A stretch of DNA of 64,000 bases from a bacterium. GTDB taxonomy: Bacteria > Myxococcota_A > Bradymonadia > UBA7976 > UBA1532. Location of the stretch: the NCBI GenBank assembly GCA_030427205.1, contig JAUHXC010000051.1:1336-65335 (forward strand), written 5' to 3'. A program made the translations under genes and the position numbers. Shown one piece after another: positions 55,811 through 64,000 of this stretch (positions are counted from its first letter, which is position 1; each line of letters starts with the position of its first letter). The notes below the pieces were generated by a model. The model had not been told where the DNA came from, made no database searches, and saw only the letters and a program-made list of their open reading frames with translations.

Positions 55811-57022
55811 TCAGTGGATCGGCTTCTGATAGTCGCCGGCGTTCATGCTGAAGCGCACGTCCCCATAGCGGATGACATCGGCGGTGCTGTTCTCCTCGAA
55901 GTAGCGGCTGCGCAGCGCGGCCAGCGTCTCGCGGGTCATCGGCTGCAGCGCGATCAGCCGCCCGTCCTCTTCGAGCCAGGTCCGCCCGTCCATGAACCGC
56001 GCCTCGGCTTTCGAGCAGCGCACCACATAGCCCATGCGGGTCGGGATGCGCTCGGCGTTGAGCACCGGCGGCTGGATCGCGTGGGTATACAGCCGGTTGG
56101 TCGACAGGGGGATGATGAACACCGAGTTGGGATACAGCGTGACCGAGAAGCCCTCGACGAGGCCCGGCGCGTCGACGCCGCCCTTGAGCCTGAAGTCGAG
56201 GCGCGTCAGCCCGCTGCGTGTCTTGTAGCGCCAGTCGTATACATCGTCGGCGCCCGGCTCGAGCCCGGCGAACCCGCCCGGATCGTAGAACGTGCAGAAC
56301 GCGATCAGCCCATCGGCGCGCATGTCCTTCGTCTTGTCCGAGTGGCGGCTGATGCGCGCCTTGCGCTCGCGGCTGCCCGGCCCGTCGCTGGGGCGGTTCT
56401 CGTAGATCTGCGCCAGCACGTGGTTCAGATCGGTCTTCTGCTCGAACACCTCGTCCGCCGCCCGCTGCAGCGCGCCGAGGATCAAACGATCGGTCGCCCG
56501 CAGGTTGTCGGTCGGCCCGTCGAAGTTGCTGGAACAGCGCAGCAGCCGATGGCGCAGCACCTCGCGCCCGTCCGCCGTCACCTCGCGGGCGACGTCGGTC
56601 AGGTAGATGCCCGTGCGCAGCGCCTTCGAGCGCTTGGTCGACTCGGTCAGGTTCTGGAACCGATGCTCGCCGCGGATGCGATCGAAGAGGTCGGGCTCAT
56701 CGAAGAAGCGGCGATACAGCACCCCGACCCGGTGCACCTGCAGCGGCACCCGCCCGACGCCGACGACCGCGACGCCCGGCCGCGCATCCACGTGCGTCGA
56801 CAGCTCGCGAATGACCCGCACGTCCTTCGGCTCGGCGCCCAGCAGGCGGATGTCCCCGCAGGCATACACCGCCCGCCGATTCGCCACGTCGACGCCATCG
56901 ATCCCATGCGCCACCTCACCGCAGAAGCGCTCGACGACGTGCGCCAGCGCCGCGGACGGCGGCGGCTCGCCCAGCACCAGCAGCAGGTTCTGCGTCAGCG
57001 AGATGGCGTTCTCGGCAGACAT
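55811..57022 (-). CDS. AlkB-like Fe(II)/2OG dioxygenase with a ~200-aa N-terminal extension
   Basis: ISRHSDKTKDMRADGLIAFCTF matches the HxD region. RLYTHAIQP matches the distal His. RMGYVVRCS carries the Arg. It starts at MSAENAISL, 10 nt upstream of the next gene. Confidence 0.6.
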   Translation of the reverse strand: MSAENAISLTQNLLLVLGEPPPSAALAHVVERFCGEVAHGIDGVDVANRRAVYACGDIRLLGAEPKDVRVIRELSTHVDARPGVAVVGVGRVPLQVHRVGVLYRRFFDEPDLFDRIRGEHRFQNLTESTKRSKALRTGIYLTDVAREVTADGREVLRHRLLRCSSNFDGPTDNLRATDRLILGALQRAADEVFEQKTDLNHVLAQIYENRPSDGPGSRERKARISRHSDKTKDMRADGLIAFCTFYDPGGFAGLEPGADDVYDWRYKTRSGLTRLDFRLKGGVDAPGLVEGFSVTLYPNSVFIIPLSTNRLYTHAIQPPVLNAERIPTRMGYVVRCSKAEARFMDGRTWLEEDGRLIALQPMTRETLAALRSRYFEENSTADVIRYGDVRFSMNAGDYQKPIH

Positions 57023-57142
57023 CGCGGCCTCCCCGGGTCGATACGCGGACGAGGCTACAAGGTCCGACGACGCGGGGCGAGGGGCGGTCACTCAGAGCGT
57101 CGAGTAGGACCCGTCGACGCGCCCCCGTCGTCTCCGCGGGCC

Positions 57143-60100
57143 TCAGCCGACGCCGGCCGAGTAGTCCACGCCCACCGCCGCGTTGAATCCGCGCACGATC
57201 GAGATGATGTCATCCGCCGCGTCGTCCCCGAAGACGCCGTCCAGCCCGTCCGGGTGGCGATCGGTGAACGGCGGCTCGTAGAGCAGCCCGGGATCCATCG
57301 TGCCGTTGCGGGTCAGCCAGTCGACGATCATGTCCACGAAGCGCACCTGATCGGCGGTGAAGCCGCTGTCCGCCGCGTAGCGCCCGAACGCCGCCTTTGC
57401 CGCCGCGCGATCGAGCCCCACCAGCCCGCGGATGAAGCGCGGCAGCGAGAGATCCTTGCCGAACACCTGCTCGAACTGCGCGCGGCTGCCCACCGCCTGC
57501 TCGTCGAAGAGCATGCCTTCCAGCGCCGTCAGATCGGTCGGCGTCAGCGGCTGATTGCGCCGCAGCTTGGCGATGGATACGTGGTCCTGATTGTCGCGCA
57601 CGATCTGCTGCACCTTCTTGCGGTACTGCCCCGGGCTGAAGCCCGTCTGGCGCAGCGGCACCTCGACGCCGTCGATCACCTGATGATCGGCGAGCGGATC
57701 GGGCAGGTCGGTATAGACCGGCGGCCGGGCCTTGCGCTCGATGAACTGCACCAGCCCGCGCAGCCGCCGACGCATGTCGTCGATCGACTTCAGGTCGATA
57801 TCGGTCCACCAGTCGACGCTCTGCACCGCCGCGATCAGCGCCAACTCCTTGTTCACCATCGGGATGGTCGCCAGCTCCTCCAGCCGACTCGCCAGATCGC
57901 GCACCCGATCGCGGAAAGCCACGAACGCCTTCGAGCCCTCGAGCCGGGCGATCATCAGCCGATAGCCCAGCAGATCGAACTGCAGCGCCTCGAACGGCTC
58001 CGCGGGCAAGCCATCGGGCAGATCCGCCAGCCGGGAGACCTGCTCGATGTCGGCGTCCGAGAGATCGTCCCACCGCTCACGGACCGCGAACGCCTCCACC
58101 GTCGGCCGCTCGCGGCGCACGAGGTAGTTGTCGAGGGTCATCGACGCCACCTGCGCGTGCAGGCCGTTCAACAACTGTCCGGCCAGCGCCTGCGCATCGT
58201 CGCCGCTCTGCCCCTTCAGCCGCTGCGCCAGCCCCAGCCGCGCGGTGAAGACCCGGGCGCCCACCGACTCCACCGGCCGCGGCCCCTGCCCCGGCAGATC
58301 TTCGGCGAAGTACTCGAAGTTGCCGCACAGGTCGAAGACCAGGAAGCACGCCTTGTCTTTGCCCGGCCCGTTCAGATCGGGGCACAGCCGGGTGCCGCGC
58401 CCGATCATCTGGTTGAACTTCACCCGCGAGTACACCGGCTTGAAGAACACCAGGTTGACGCACTCGGGCACGTCGACGCCGGTGTCGAGCATATCCACCG
58501 AGATGGCGATCGTCGGCGCTTTGCCCGGCGTGGCGAAGTCATCGAGCAATGACTGCGCGTGGCTCACCTTCGATGTGATCACCTGCGCGAAGTGACTCGC
58601 CCACTTGGGGTACGCCTTGTCGAACCGCTTCGCGATGAAGTTCGCGTGATCCTGATTGCGGGCGAAGACGATCGTCTTGCCCAGGCGCTGGCCGTCGTCG
58701 ATCTTCAGCCCGCGCTGCATCAGCAGCTCGATCGCCCGGTCGACGGTCTCGACGTTGAAGAGCCACTTGTTGATCGCCGCCGCGTTCACCTCGTCGGGGA
58801 CCTCGTCAGTCTCCTCGTCGCGCAGCTTGTCCTCGTACTCCGCCTTCGCCTCGTCCGACAGCTCGGCGTACTTGATGCCCCGCCGCAAGAACGCGAAGGG
58901 CACGCTCACGCCCCGCGGCGGCACCAGGTGCTCGTCGAGGATGGCCTCGTCCAGCTCGTAGAACGCCGTCGGCACCCCCGGCTCGAGGTCGAAGACCCGA
59001 TAGGTATCGCGCTCGACTTCATCCCGCGGCGTCGCCGTCAGCCCCACCAGCAGCCCGTCGAAGTAGTCGAACAGCGCGCCGTACTTCTTGTAGATCGAGC
59101 GGTGGGCCTCGTCGACGATGACCAGATCGAAGTGCCCCGGCCCGAACGCTGCCCGTCCCTCGGGCTCGACCACCCGGTTGAACATCGTCGGGTACGTCGA
59201 CAGCACCACCGTCGCCGCGACGCCGCCCTTGTCTTGGGTGATGTCGACCGCCGTCGCCGCCGGAAGGTGCTTGGTGAACGCCCGCTTCGCCTGCCGCAAG
59301 AGCGCGTTGCGATCGGCGAGGAACAGCACCCGCTTCACCCAGCCGGCCCGCTTGAGCAGGTCGACCAGCGCGATGGCCGTGCGGGTCTTGCCGGTGCCGG
59401 TGGCCATCACCAGCAGCGCCTTGCGCCCGCGCTTGTCGAACACCTCGGTGATGCGGCGGATGGCTTCGAGCTGATACGGCCGCCCGGCGATCTCGGCGTC
59501 GGGCAGCACCAGCGACAGGCGCTTGGCGTTCGCCCGGCGGTAATGCAGCCGCTCCAGCTCGGCGCGGGTGTAGAAGCCGGCCACCGGGCGCTTCACGTAG
59601 CGCGCGTCGTCCCAGATCCAGTGTGCGTGCCCGTTGGTGAGGAAGATCACCGGCCGCCGCCCGAAGCGCTTCTCCAGGCAGTCGGCGTAGAGCTTCGCCT
59701 GATGGGCGCCGACGTCGGGCCCCTTGCGGCTGCGCTTGGCCTCGACCAGCGCCAGCGGCCGGCCGTCGGCGCCCCACAAGACATAGTCGACGAAGCCGCG
59801 GCCGCTGGCGCCCGGCTTCAGCTTCGGCATGCCCTCGACCTCGTACTCGGCGACGTTCGGGCCCTCGGGATCCCAGCCGGCCTCCACCAGCAAGCCGTCG
59901 ATGAAGCGATCGCGGGTCTGCGCCTCGTCGTAATCGTGGGCCGCCGCCTGCGGCACGTTGGCCGCCTTGAGCGCCGCCACCTGCGCCTTGAGCGCCGCCA
60001 CCTCGGCCTCGGTCTGCTGGCGCCGCTCGGCCTCGATGCGCGCCATCTCGTCGGAGGCCGCCAGCCGCTTCTCCAGCGCCGCGACCGCCGCCCGATCGTC

Positions 60101-60547
60101 CACCGGCGCCGCCTGCGGCCGGGGCAAGAGCGCCGGGTCGAAGGCGCGGTCGGCCAGCTCGACGTCTGCCGGCGCGTACATGCGCGCGACCCAGAAGAGG
60201 AAGTGGAAGAGATCGCGCACCGCCTGCAGCGCGTCGGCCAGCTTGGGCGCGCGGGCCTCGTGGGCCGCCTTGTTGCCCAGCTGCTGGATGAGCCGCACCT
60301 TGTCGAAGACGGCCCGCGGCAGGTTGTCGCGGAAGCTCTGCTCGTGGATCAGCGCGCCCAGGCCGCGATCGTAGGGCATGCGCAGGTCGGGGTCGTGGCG
60401 GTAGAGCCAGTGGCAGGTGCGTTCGAGGGCGAAGCGCGCCTGGAAGCACGCCAGCCGCGGGGAGCGGTGGACCTGAGCCTCGGCTTCGGCGGCGGCGACG
60501 AAGAGGTCGCGGTGGCGCGCGGCGAGGAAGTCGAAGTTCGAGGCCAT
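57143..60547 (-). CDS. hsdR: type I restriction enzyme R subunit
   Basis: N-terminal DUF4145-like helix bundle. Endonuclease motif VDYVLWGADGRPLALVEAKRS. Helicase motif I LLVMATGTGKT, motif II LVIVDEAHRS, motif III GLTATP, and motif VI QMIGRGTR. Confidence 0.9.
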   Translation of the reverse strand: MASNFDFLAARHRDLFVAAAEAEAQVHRSPRLACFQARFALERTCHWLYRHDPDLRMPYDRGLGALIHEQSFRDNLPRAVFDKVRLIQQLGNKAAHEARAPKLADALQAVRDLFHFLFWVARMYAPADVELADRAFDPALLPRPQAAPVDDRAAVAALEKRLAASDEMARIEAERRQQTEAEVAALKAQVAALKAANVPQAAAHDYDEAQTRDRFIDGLLVEAGWDPEGPNVAEYEVEGMPKLKPGASGRGFVDYVLWGADGRPLALVEAKRSRKGPDVGAHQAKLYADCLEKRFGRRPVIFLTNGHAHWIWDDARYVKRPVAGFYTRAELERLHYRRANAKRLSLVLPDAEIAGRPYQLEAIRRITEVFDKRGRKALLVMATGTGKTRTAIALVDLLKRAGWVKRVLFLADRNALLRQAKRAFTKHLPAATAVDITQDKGGVAATVVLSTYPTMFNRVVEPEGRAAFGPGHFDLVIVDEAHRSIYKKYGALFDYFDGLLVGLTATPRDEVERDTYRVFDLEPGVPTAFYELDEAILDEHLVPPRGVSVPFAFLRRGIKYAELSDEAKAEYEDKLRDEETDEVPDEVNAAAINKWLFNVETVDRAIELLMQRGLKIDDGQRLGKTIVFARNQDHANFIAKRFDKAYPKWASHFAQVITSKVSHAQSLLDDFATPGKAPTIAISVDMLDTGVDVPECVNLVFFKPVYSRVKFNQMIGRGTRLCPDLNGPGKDKACFLVFDLCGNFEYFAEDLPGQGPRPVESVGARVFTARLGLAQRLKGQSGDDAQALAGQLLNGLHAQVASMTLDNYLVRRERPTVEAFAVRERWDDLSDADIEQVSRLADLPDGLPAEPFEALQFDLLGYRLMIARLEGSKAFVAFRDRVRDLASRLEELATIPMVNKELALIAAVQSVDWWTDIDLKSIDDMRRRLRGLVQFIERKARPPVYTDLPDPLADHQVIDGVEVPLRQTGFSPGQYRKKVQQIVRDNQDHVSIAKLRRNQPLTPTDLTALEGMLFDEQAVGSRAQFEQVFGKDLSLPRFIRGLVGLDRAAAKAAFGRYAADSGFTADQVRFVDMIVDWLTRNGTMDPGLLYEPPFTDRHPDGLDGVFGDDAADDIISIVRGFNAAVGVDYSAGVG

Positions 60548-60558
60548 GGGTGCTCCGT

Positions 60559-61812
60559 TCAGAGGTCTCCGCGGAAGGCCCGCTGGGTCAGGGCGTGGAA
60601 GAGGGTGTCGGCTTTGTCGGCGGCGGCGGTGAGGCGATCGCGAACAGCCCCGATGGCGGCTGCATGACTCGCGTAGGAAAGCTGCAAATCGAGCGGCGGC
60701 GCTAGCACGTTGAGCGCCCTCACTTGTCGGGTGCTGATGGTGTTCAAACCCGACGTTGTCTTGCCGAACCGCTGGAGTTGCCGCTGACCGCCGGCGCTGT
60801 TGATGAACGCCGTCACATACACCGCATCGGCATTGTCCGGATTCACCCGAGTTCGAATGAGGTGGTTCTGATGAACGCAGTCGGCTATCGAGCCATCCCA
60901 GATGGCAGCGCGACCGATCTCATTGAGGTTGCCGTGACCTTCGACCAGCAGGATGTCTCCCGATGCGAGGCGTGTCCGTTCGAGTTCGCGCTCGGTGACA
61001 CGCATCGCCTTCACCTCATCCAGGTCGAGGGACGCGCGGTAGACATTGGCGACGCGCAGATAGGGGACCTCAATGGGGTGCCTCGCTCTCTTACGAGAGA
61101 CTTGGAGGCCACCTTGCACCTCAGCAAGCTCGCCGAGCTTGGCAGCGGGCCAGCCCTTCGGGTTGGTCACCGGGTCGCCGAACATGTCGAGGAAGGTCGA
61201 CCGCAGCAGCTCCTCGGTCAGCGCGATGGCCGCCCGCCGCTTGCGCCGGATGGCGTCGGCCCGGTCGAGGATGTCGGCGATGCGGCGCTGCTCTTCGATG
61301 GGTGGGAGCAGCACCGCAAAACGCCTGACCGTCGGCATATAGATGGTCTGGTGCGTGCTGCCCTGCTTTTCTTTCAAAAAGGTCAACTCGGACGCCTTGA
61401 ACGCCCAGAACAGAAAGTCGGGATCCAGACGCGGCCCGCACACCCAGTTGACGAAGTCCTGACTGGTCGCCATTTCCCCACCGAGGATGGCGACCTTGCC
61501 GACAGACGCAGTTCGACACAGGGCCACAGTATCGGCCGGCAGCAGTCGAGCAGAGGAGTTTTCGATACCCAAGTTCGTCGGCATGTCTTGCGTCTCGTAG
61601 ACGCGCTTGCCCTTCAGGGCCGACACATCCTTGAGCGACAGCCACGGGACGTCACCACCGTCCCAATACTCGGGCTGGCGGCGGCTGGGCGTGTGTCCGC
61701 TCTCCAGCCTCGCGACATCGAGAAGCGGCACCCATGCCCAGCCCTGCGGAACCCGGTCAGACGGCACCGCGGTTCGAACCGGCGAGAAGCCATTCGCTAC
61801 AACGACCGTCAC
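60559..61812 (-). CDS. hsdS: type I restriction-modification specificity subunit
   Basis: A two-TRD architecture with conserved spacers (LPPIEEQRRIADILD ... LAPPLDLQ). The start overlaps the hsdM stop (ATGA). Confidence 0.8.
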   Translation of the reverse strand: MTVVVANGFSPVRTAVPSDRVPQGWAWVPLLDVARLESGHTPSRRQPEYWDGGDVPWLSLKDVSALKGKRVYETQDMPTNLGIENSSARLLPADTVALCRTASVGKVAILGGEMATSQDFVNWVCGPRLDPDFLFWAFKASELTFLKEKQGSTHQTIYMPTVRRFAVLLPPIEEQRRIADILDRADAIRRKRRAAIALTEELLRSTFLDMFGDPVTNPKGWPAAKLGELAEVQGGLQVSRKRARHPIEVPYLRVANVYRASLDLDEVKAMRVTERELERTRLASGDILLVEGHGNLNEIGRAAIWDGSIADCVHQNHLIRTRVNPDNADAVYVTAFINSAGGQRQLQRFGKTTSGLNTISTRQVRALNVLAPPLDLQLSYASHAAAIGAVRDRLTAAADKADTLFHALTQRAFRGDL

Positions 61813-63275
61813 TGAAGCATCCCCTTCAGCTTCGCCAGATCGCCCGCGATCTCCGCTTGCAGCTTCTCCAGCTTCCCGATGATCACCGCTGGCGCCTCGT
61901 ACTCGACCTCCTCGTACTCGATCTCCTTGTAGCGGTTGATCGACAAGTCATAGCCCTGCCCCGCGATCTCGGCCTTCGGCACCGTGAACCACTTGCCCTT
62001 GCGATCCCCCTCCCCCGCCGTCCCCCGCGCGGCCCACTGCGCCACGATCTCGGGGATGTCATCGGCGTCCACCGGCTGCCGCTTGTCATCCAGCGAGAAG
62101 CCATCGGCCTGCATGTCGTAGAACCACACGCGGTCGGTCCCGCCGGCGCCGGTTTTGGTGAACAGCAGCACCGCCGTCGACACCCCGGCGTAGGGCTTGA
62201 ACACCCCCGATGGCATCGACACCACGCCGTCGAGCTTGTGATCCTCCACCAGCAGCTTGCGCACCGCCTTGTGGGCCTTCGACGAGCCGAAGAGCACGCC
62301 GTCGGGCACGATCACCGCCGCCCGGCCGCCGGCCTTCAAGATGCGCAGCATCTGCACCAGAAACAGCAGCTCGGTCTTGCTCGTCTTGACCACCCGCGAG
62401 AGGTCTTTGGCGATGGTCGACTTCTGCACGCTGCCCTTGAACGGCGGGTTGGCCAGCACGACGGTGTACGAGCCGTCGTCCCCCGCGGCGTCTTCGCTCA
62501 GCGAGTCGCGGGCCTCGATGTCGGGGTCGCCGATGCCGTGCATCATCATGTTCATGCTGCCGATGCGCAGCATGGTCGCGTCGAAGTCATAGCCATGGAA
62601 CATGCCGCCGCCGTAGTGCGCCCGCAGCGTCGTGTCGCCCATGATCATCGCGTCGCGCACGTGCTCGGCGGCCACCACCAGGAAGCCCGCGGTGCCACAG
62701 GCCGGATCACACACCGTCTCTCTCACGCTGGGCTTGGGGTCGACCATGCGCACCATCATCTGGATGATGTGCCGCGGCGTACGGAACTGCCCGTTGGTGC
62801 CGGCCGTCGTCAGCTTCGACAGCATGTACTCGTAGAGGTCGCCCTGGGTGTCGCGGTCGTGCAGCGGCAGCGCGCCGATCTGGTCGACCACGGTCTCGAG
62901 CAGCGCCGGGCTGCCGATCATGAAGACGGCGTCTTTCATGTGCCGGGCGTACGAGGTCTCGCCCTCGGCGCCGCCGAGCGCCTTGATATAAGGGAAGGCC
63001 TTGTCGCGCACGACCGCCAGCATGGCCTCGGGGTCGGTCATCTGCGCGATCTTCGACCAGCGCAGGTCTTGCTGGTCGGGGCCGAACCGCAGGCCGGTGG
63101 GGGTGCGCTTCAGGCGGTTGGCCGACTTGTAGCGGCGCAGCTCTTCGTCGTCGAGTCGCTTGAGAAACAGCAGGTACGAGATCTGTTCGATGACGGTCAG
63201 CGGGTTGCTGATGCCGTTGTTCCAGAAGGTGGTCCACAGGCGGTCCACCTTGTTCTTCAGCTCGCCCGTGATCAC
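61809..63275 (-). CDS. hsdM: type I R-M N6-adenine DNA methyltransferase subunit
   Basis: HsdM_N (VDRLWTTFWNNGISNPLTVIEQISYLLFLKRLDD). SAM motif I DPACGTAGFL. Catalytic NPPF (VLANPPFKG). The likely start is a GTG with GGGAG 5 nt upstream. The listed ORF start at 63863 would add a repeat-encoded extension. Confidence 0.85.
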   Translation of the reverse strand: MITGELKNKVDRLWTTFWNNGISNPLTVIEQISYLLFLKRLDDEELRRYKSANRLKRTPTGLRFGPDQQDLRWSKIAQMTDPEAMLAVVRDKAFPYIKALGGAEGETSYARHMKDAVFMIGSPALLETVVDQIGALPLHDRDTQGDLYEYMLSKLTTAGTNGQFRTPRHIIQMMVRMVDPKPSVRETVCDPACGTAGFLVVAAEHVRDAMIMGDTTLRAHYGGGMFHGYDFDATMLRIGSMNMMMHGIGDPDIEARDSLSEDAAGDDGSYTVVLANPPFKGSVQKSTIAKDLSRVVKTSKTELLFLVQMLRILKAGGRAAVIVPDGVLFGSSKAHKAVRKLLVEDHKLDGVVSMPSGVFKPYAGVSTAVLLFTKTGAGGTDRVWFYDMQADGFSLDDKRQPVDADDIPEIVAQWAARGTAGEGDRKGKWFTVPKAEIAGQGYDLSINRYKEIEYEEVEYEAPAVIIGKLEKLQAEIAGDLAKLKGMLQ

Positions 63276-63411
63276 GCGCGCTCCCGGTTCGCCGGCCGGC
63301 CGGCGGTCTGGTGTGAAGCGGCCGGCGTCGTCCCCGCGCCCCGGCTCGCGCAGGCAGCCTATGCGCTGCCGGCGCCCGCGGCAAGCGGGTGATGATCCGG
63401 CGCGCGGCGTA

Positions 63412-63868
63412 TGGGCAACGCTGAGGGTGGGCGCGGCGGGCGCGGGGGTGATGGTTTGGGTGGTCGCGGCGGGCGCGTGGGCAGCGCTGAGGGTGGGCAC
63501 GGCGGGCGCGGGGGCAGCGCTGAGGGTGGACACGGCGGGCGCGTGGGCAGCGCTGAGGGTGGGCACGGCGGGCGCGGGGGTGATGGTTTGGGTGGTCGCG
63601 GCGGGCGCGTGGGCAGCGCTGAGGGTGGTCGCGGCGGGCGCGTGGGCAGCGCTGAGGGTGGGCACGGCGGGCGCGTGGGCAGCGCTGAGGGTGGGCACGG
63701 CGGGCGCGGGGGCAGCGCTGAGGGTGGACACGGCGGGCGCGGGGGTGATGGTTTGGGTGGTCGCGGCGGGCGCGTGGGCAGCGCTGAGGGTGGGCGCGGC
63801 GGGCGCGGGGGCAGCGCTGAGGGTGGGCGCGGCGGGCGCGTGGGCAGCGCTGAGGGTGGGCATGGCGA
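63412..63868. repeat. 33-bp tandem repeat array (~14 units; consensus GCAGCGCTGAGGGTGGGCACGGCGGGCGCGTGG with a GGGGTGATGGTTTGGGTGGTCGC variant)
   Basis: Read directly from the sequence. It lies immediately upstream of hsdM. On the minus strand it translates in one frame to ([11 protein letters not shown])n. Confidence 0.85.
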
Positions 63869-64000
63869 TCCAGCTCTCGGCGGCTCGGAACGCGCCAACA
63901 GTGTTGCGTTGCCGTGCTCGTCTACGGCACCCCCGCTGCGCGGGGGCGGGATCTCCGGTCGATGCTCGCGCTCGCTTTGCTCGCGACTGCGCTCTCCCTC

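Noticed and set aside
61760-61800. GGTTCGAACC-like sequence suggesting a tRNA T-arm
   Set aside because: It lies inside the hsdS/hsdM coding overlap with no acceptor-stem or anticodon-arm context. No tRNA-like cloverleaf is evident anywhere in the window.
61809-63863. Listed 684-aa ORF giving HsdM a 196-aa N-terminal extension made of [11 protein letters not shown] repeats
   Set aside because: The stretch between the repeats and the HsdM N-domain translates as Arg-rich junk. A GTG with GGGAG 5 nt upstream sits exactly where HsdM-N homology begins (63275). The frame stays open only because of GC richness. The array is reported as a repeat instead.
63412-63868. Possible CRISPR array
   Set aside because: The units are contiguous 33-bp tandem repeats with no intervening unique spacers, and no cas genes are present.

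Overview
This 64 kb window is very GC-rich, about 70% by eye. Its contents point to a myxobacterial-type chromosome (Myxococcota-like): many lipoproteins with L-x-G/A-C lipoboxes, a MYXO-CTERM-like sorting motif, an expanded set of FGE-sulfatase domains, and repeat-rich secreted proteins. I call about 48 protein-coding genes. They are often arranged in operons whose stop and start codons overlap (ATGA, GTGA or TGATG junctions). I recognised no rRNA, tRNA, CRISPR array, transposase or integrase. The most notable loci are listed here. (1) A MoxR-type AAA+ ATPase operon at 27.5-36 kb. Next to the ATPase is a membrane protein with a degenerate vWA region and an outward-facing FGE-sulfatase domain. 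The operon also has a second stand-alone FGE-sulfatase protein, a SAM methyltransferase, and an upstream protein with an N-terminal helical domain and a degenerate trypsin-like region. This looks like an NTPase-dependent vWA-MoxR-type signalling or conflict system. (2) A complete Type I restriction-modification operon, hsdM-hsdS-hsdR, at 57-63.3 kb. It is followed on the same strand by two tandem AlkB-family Fe(II)/2-oxoglutarate dioxygenase paralogs and preceded by a 33-bp x ~14 tandem repeat array. (3) A 1.3k-aa lipoprotein at 23.6-27.5 kb with a vWA domain, EGF-like Cys modules and three SRCR (scavenger receptor cysteine-rich) domains, which are rare in bacteria. (4) A small Ras-like GTPase translationally coupled to a histidine kinase at 4.8-9.8 kb, with an upstream membrane protein that combines a Roadblock/LC7-like domain with an OmpA-like C-terminus, and GAGAC direct repeats in two promoter regions. 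(5) A NERD-domain protein and a YhcG-family PDDEXK nuclease. A 45-bp palindromic direct-repeat pair flanks an orphan TRAP solute-binding-protein gene between them. (6) A six-gene operon of secreted and outer-membrane proteins at 38.9-47 kb. Its last gene fuses a zinc-phospholipase-C/P1-nuclease-like domain to an internal MYXO-CTERM-like motif that is followed directly by a signal-peptide-like segment. All functional calls rest on motifs I read in the translated ORFs. I ran no database search.
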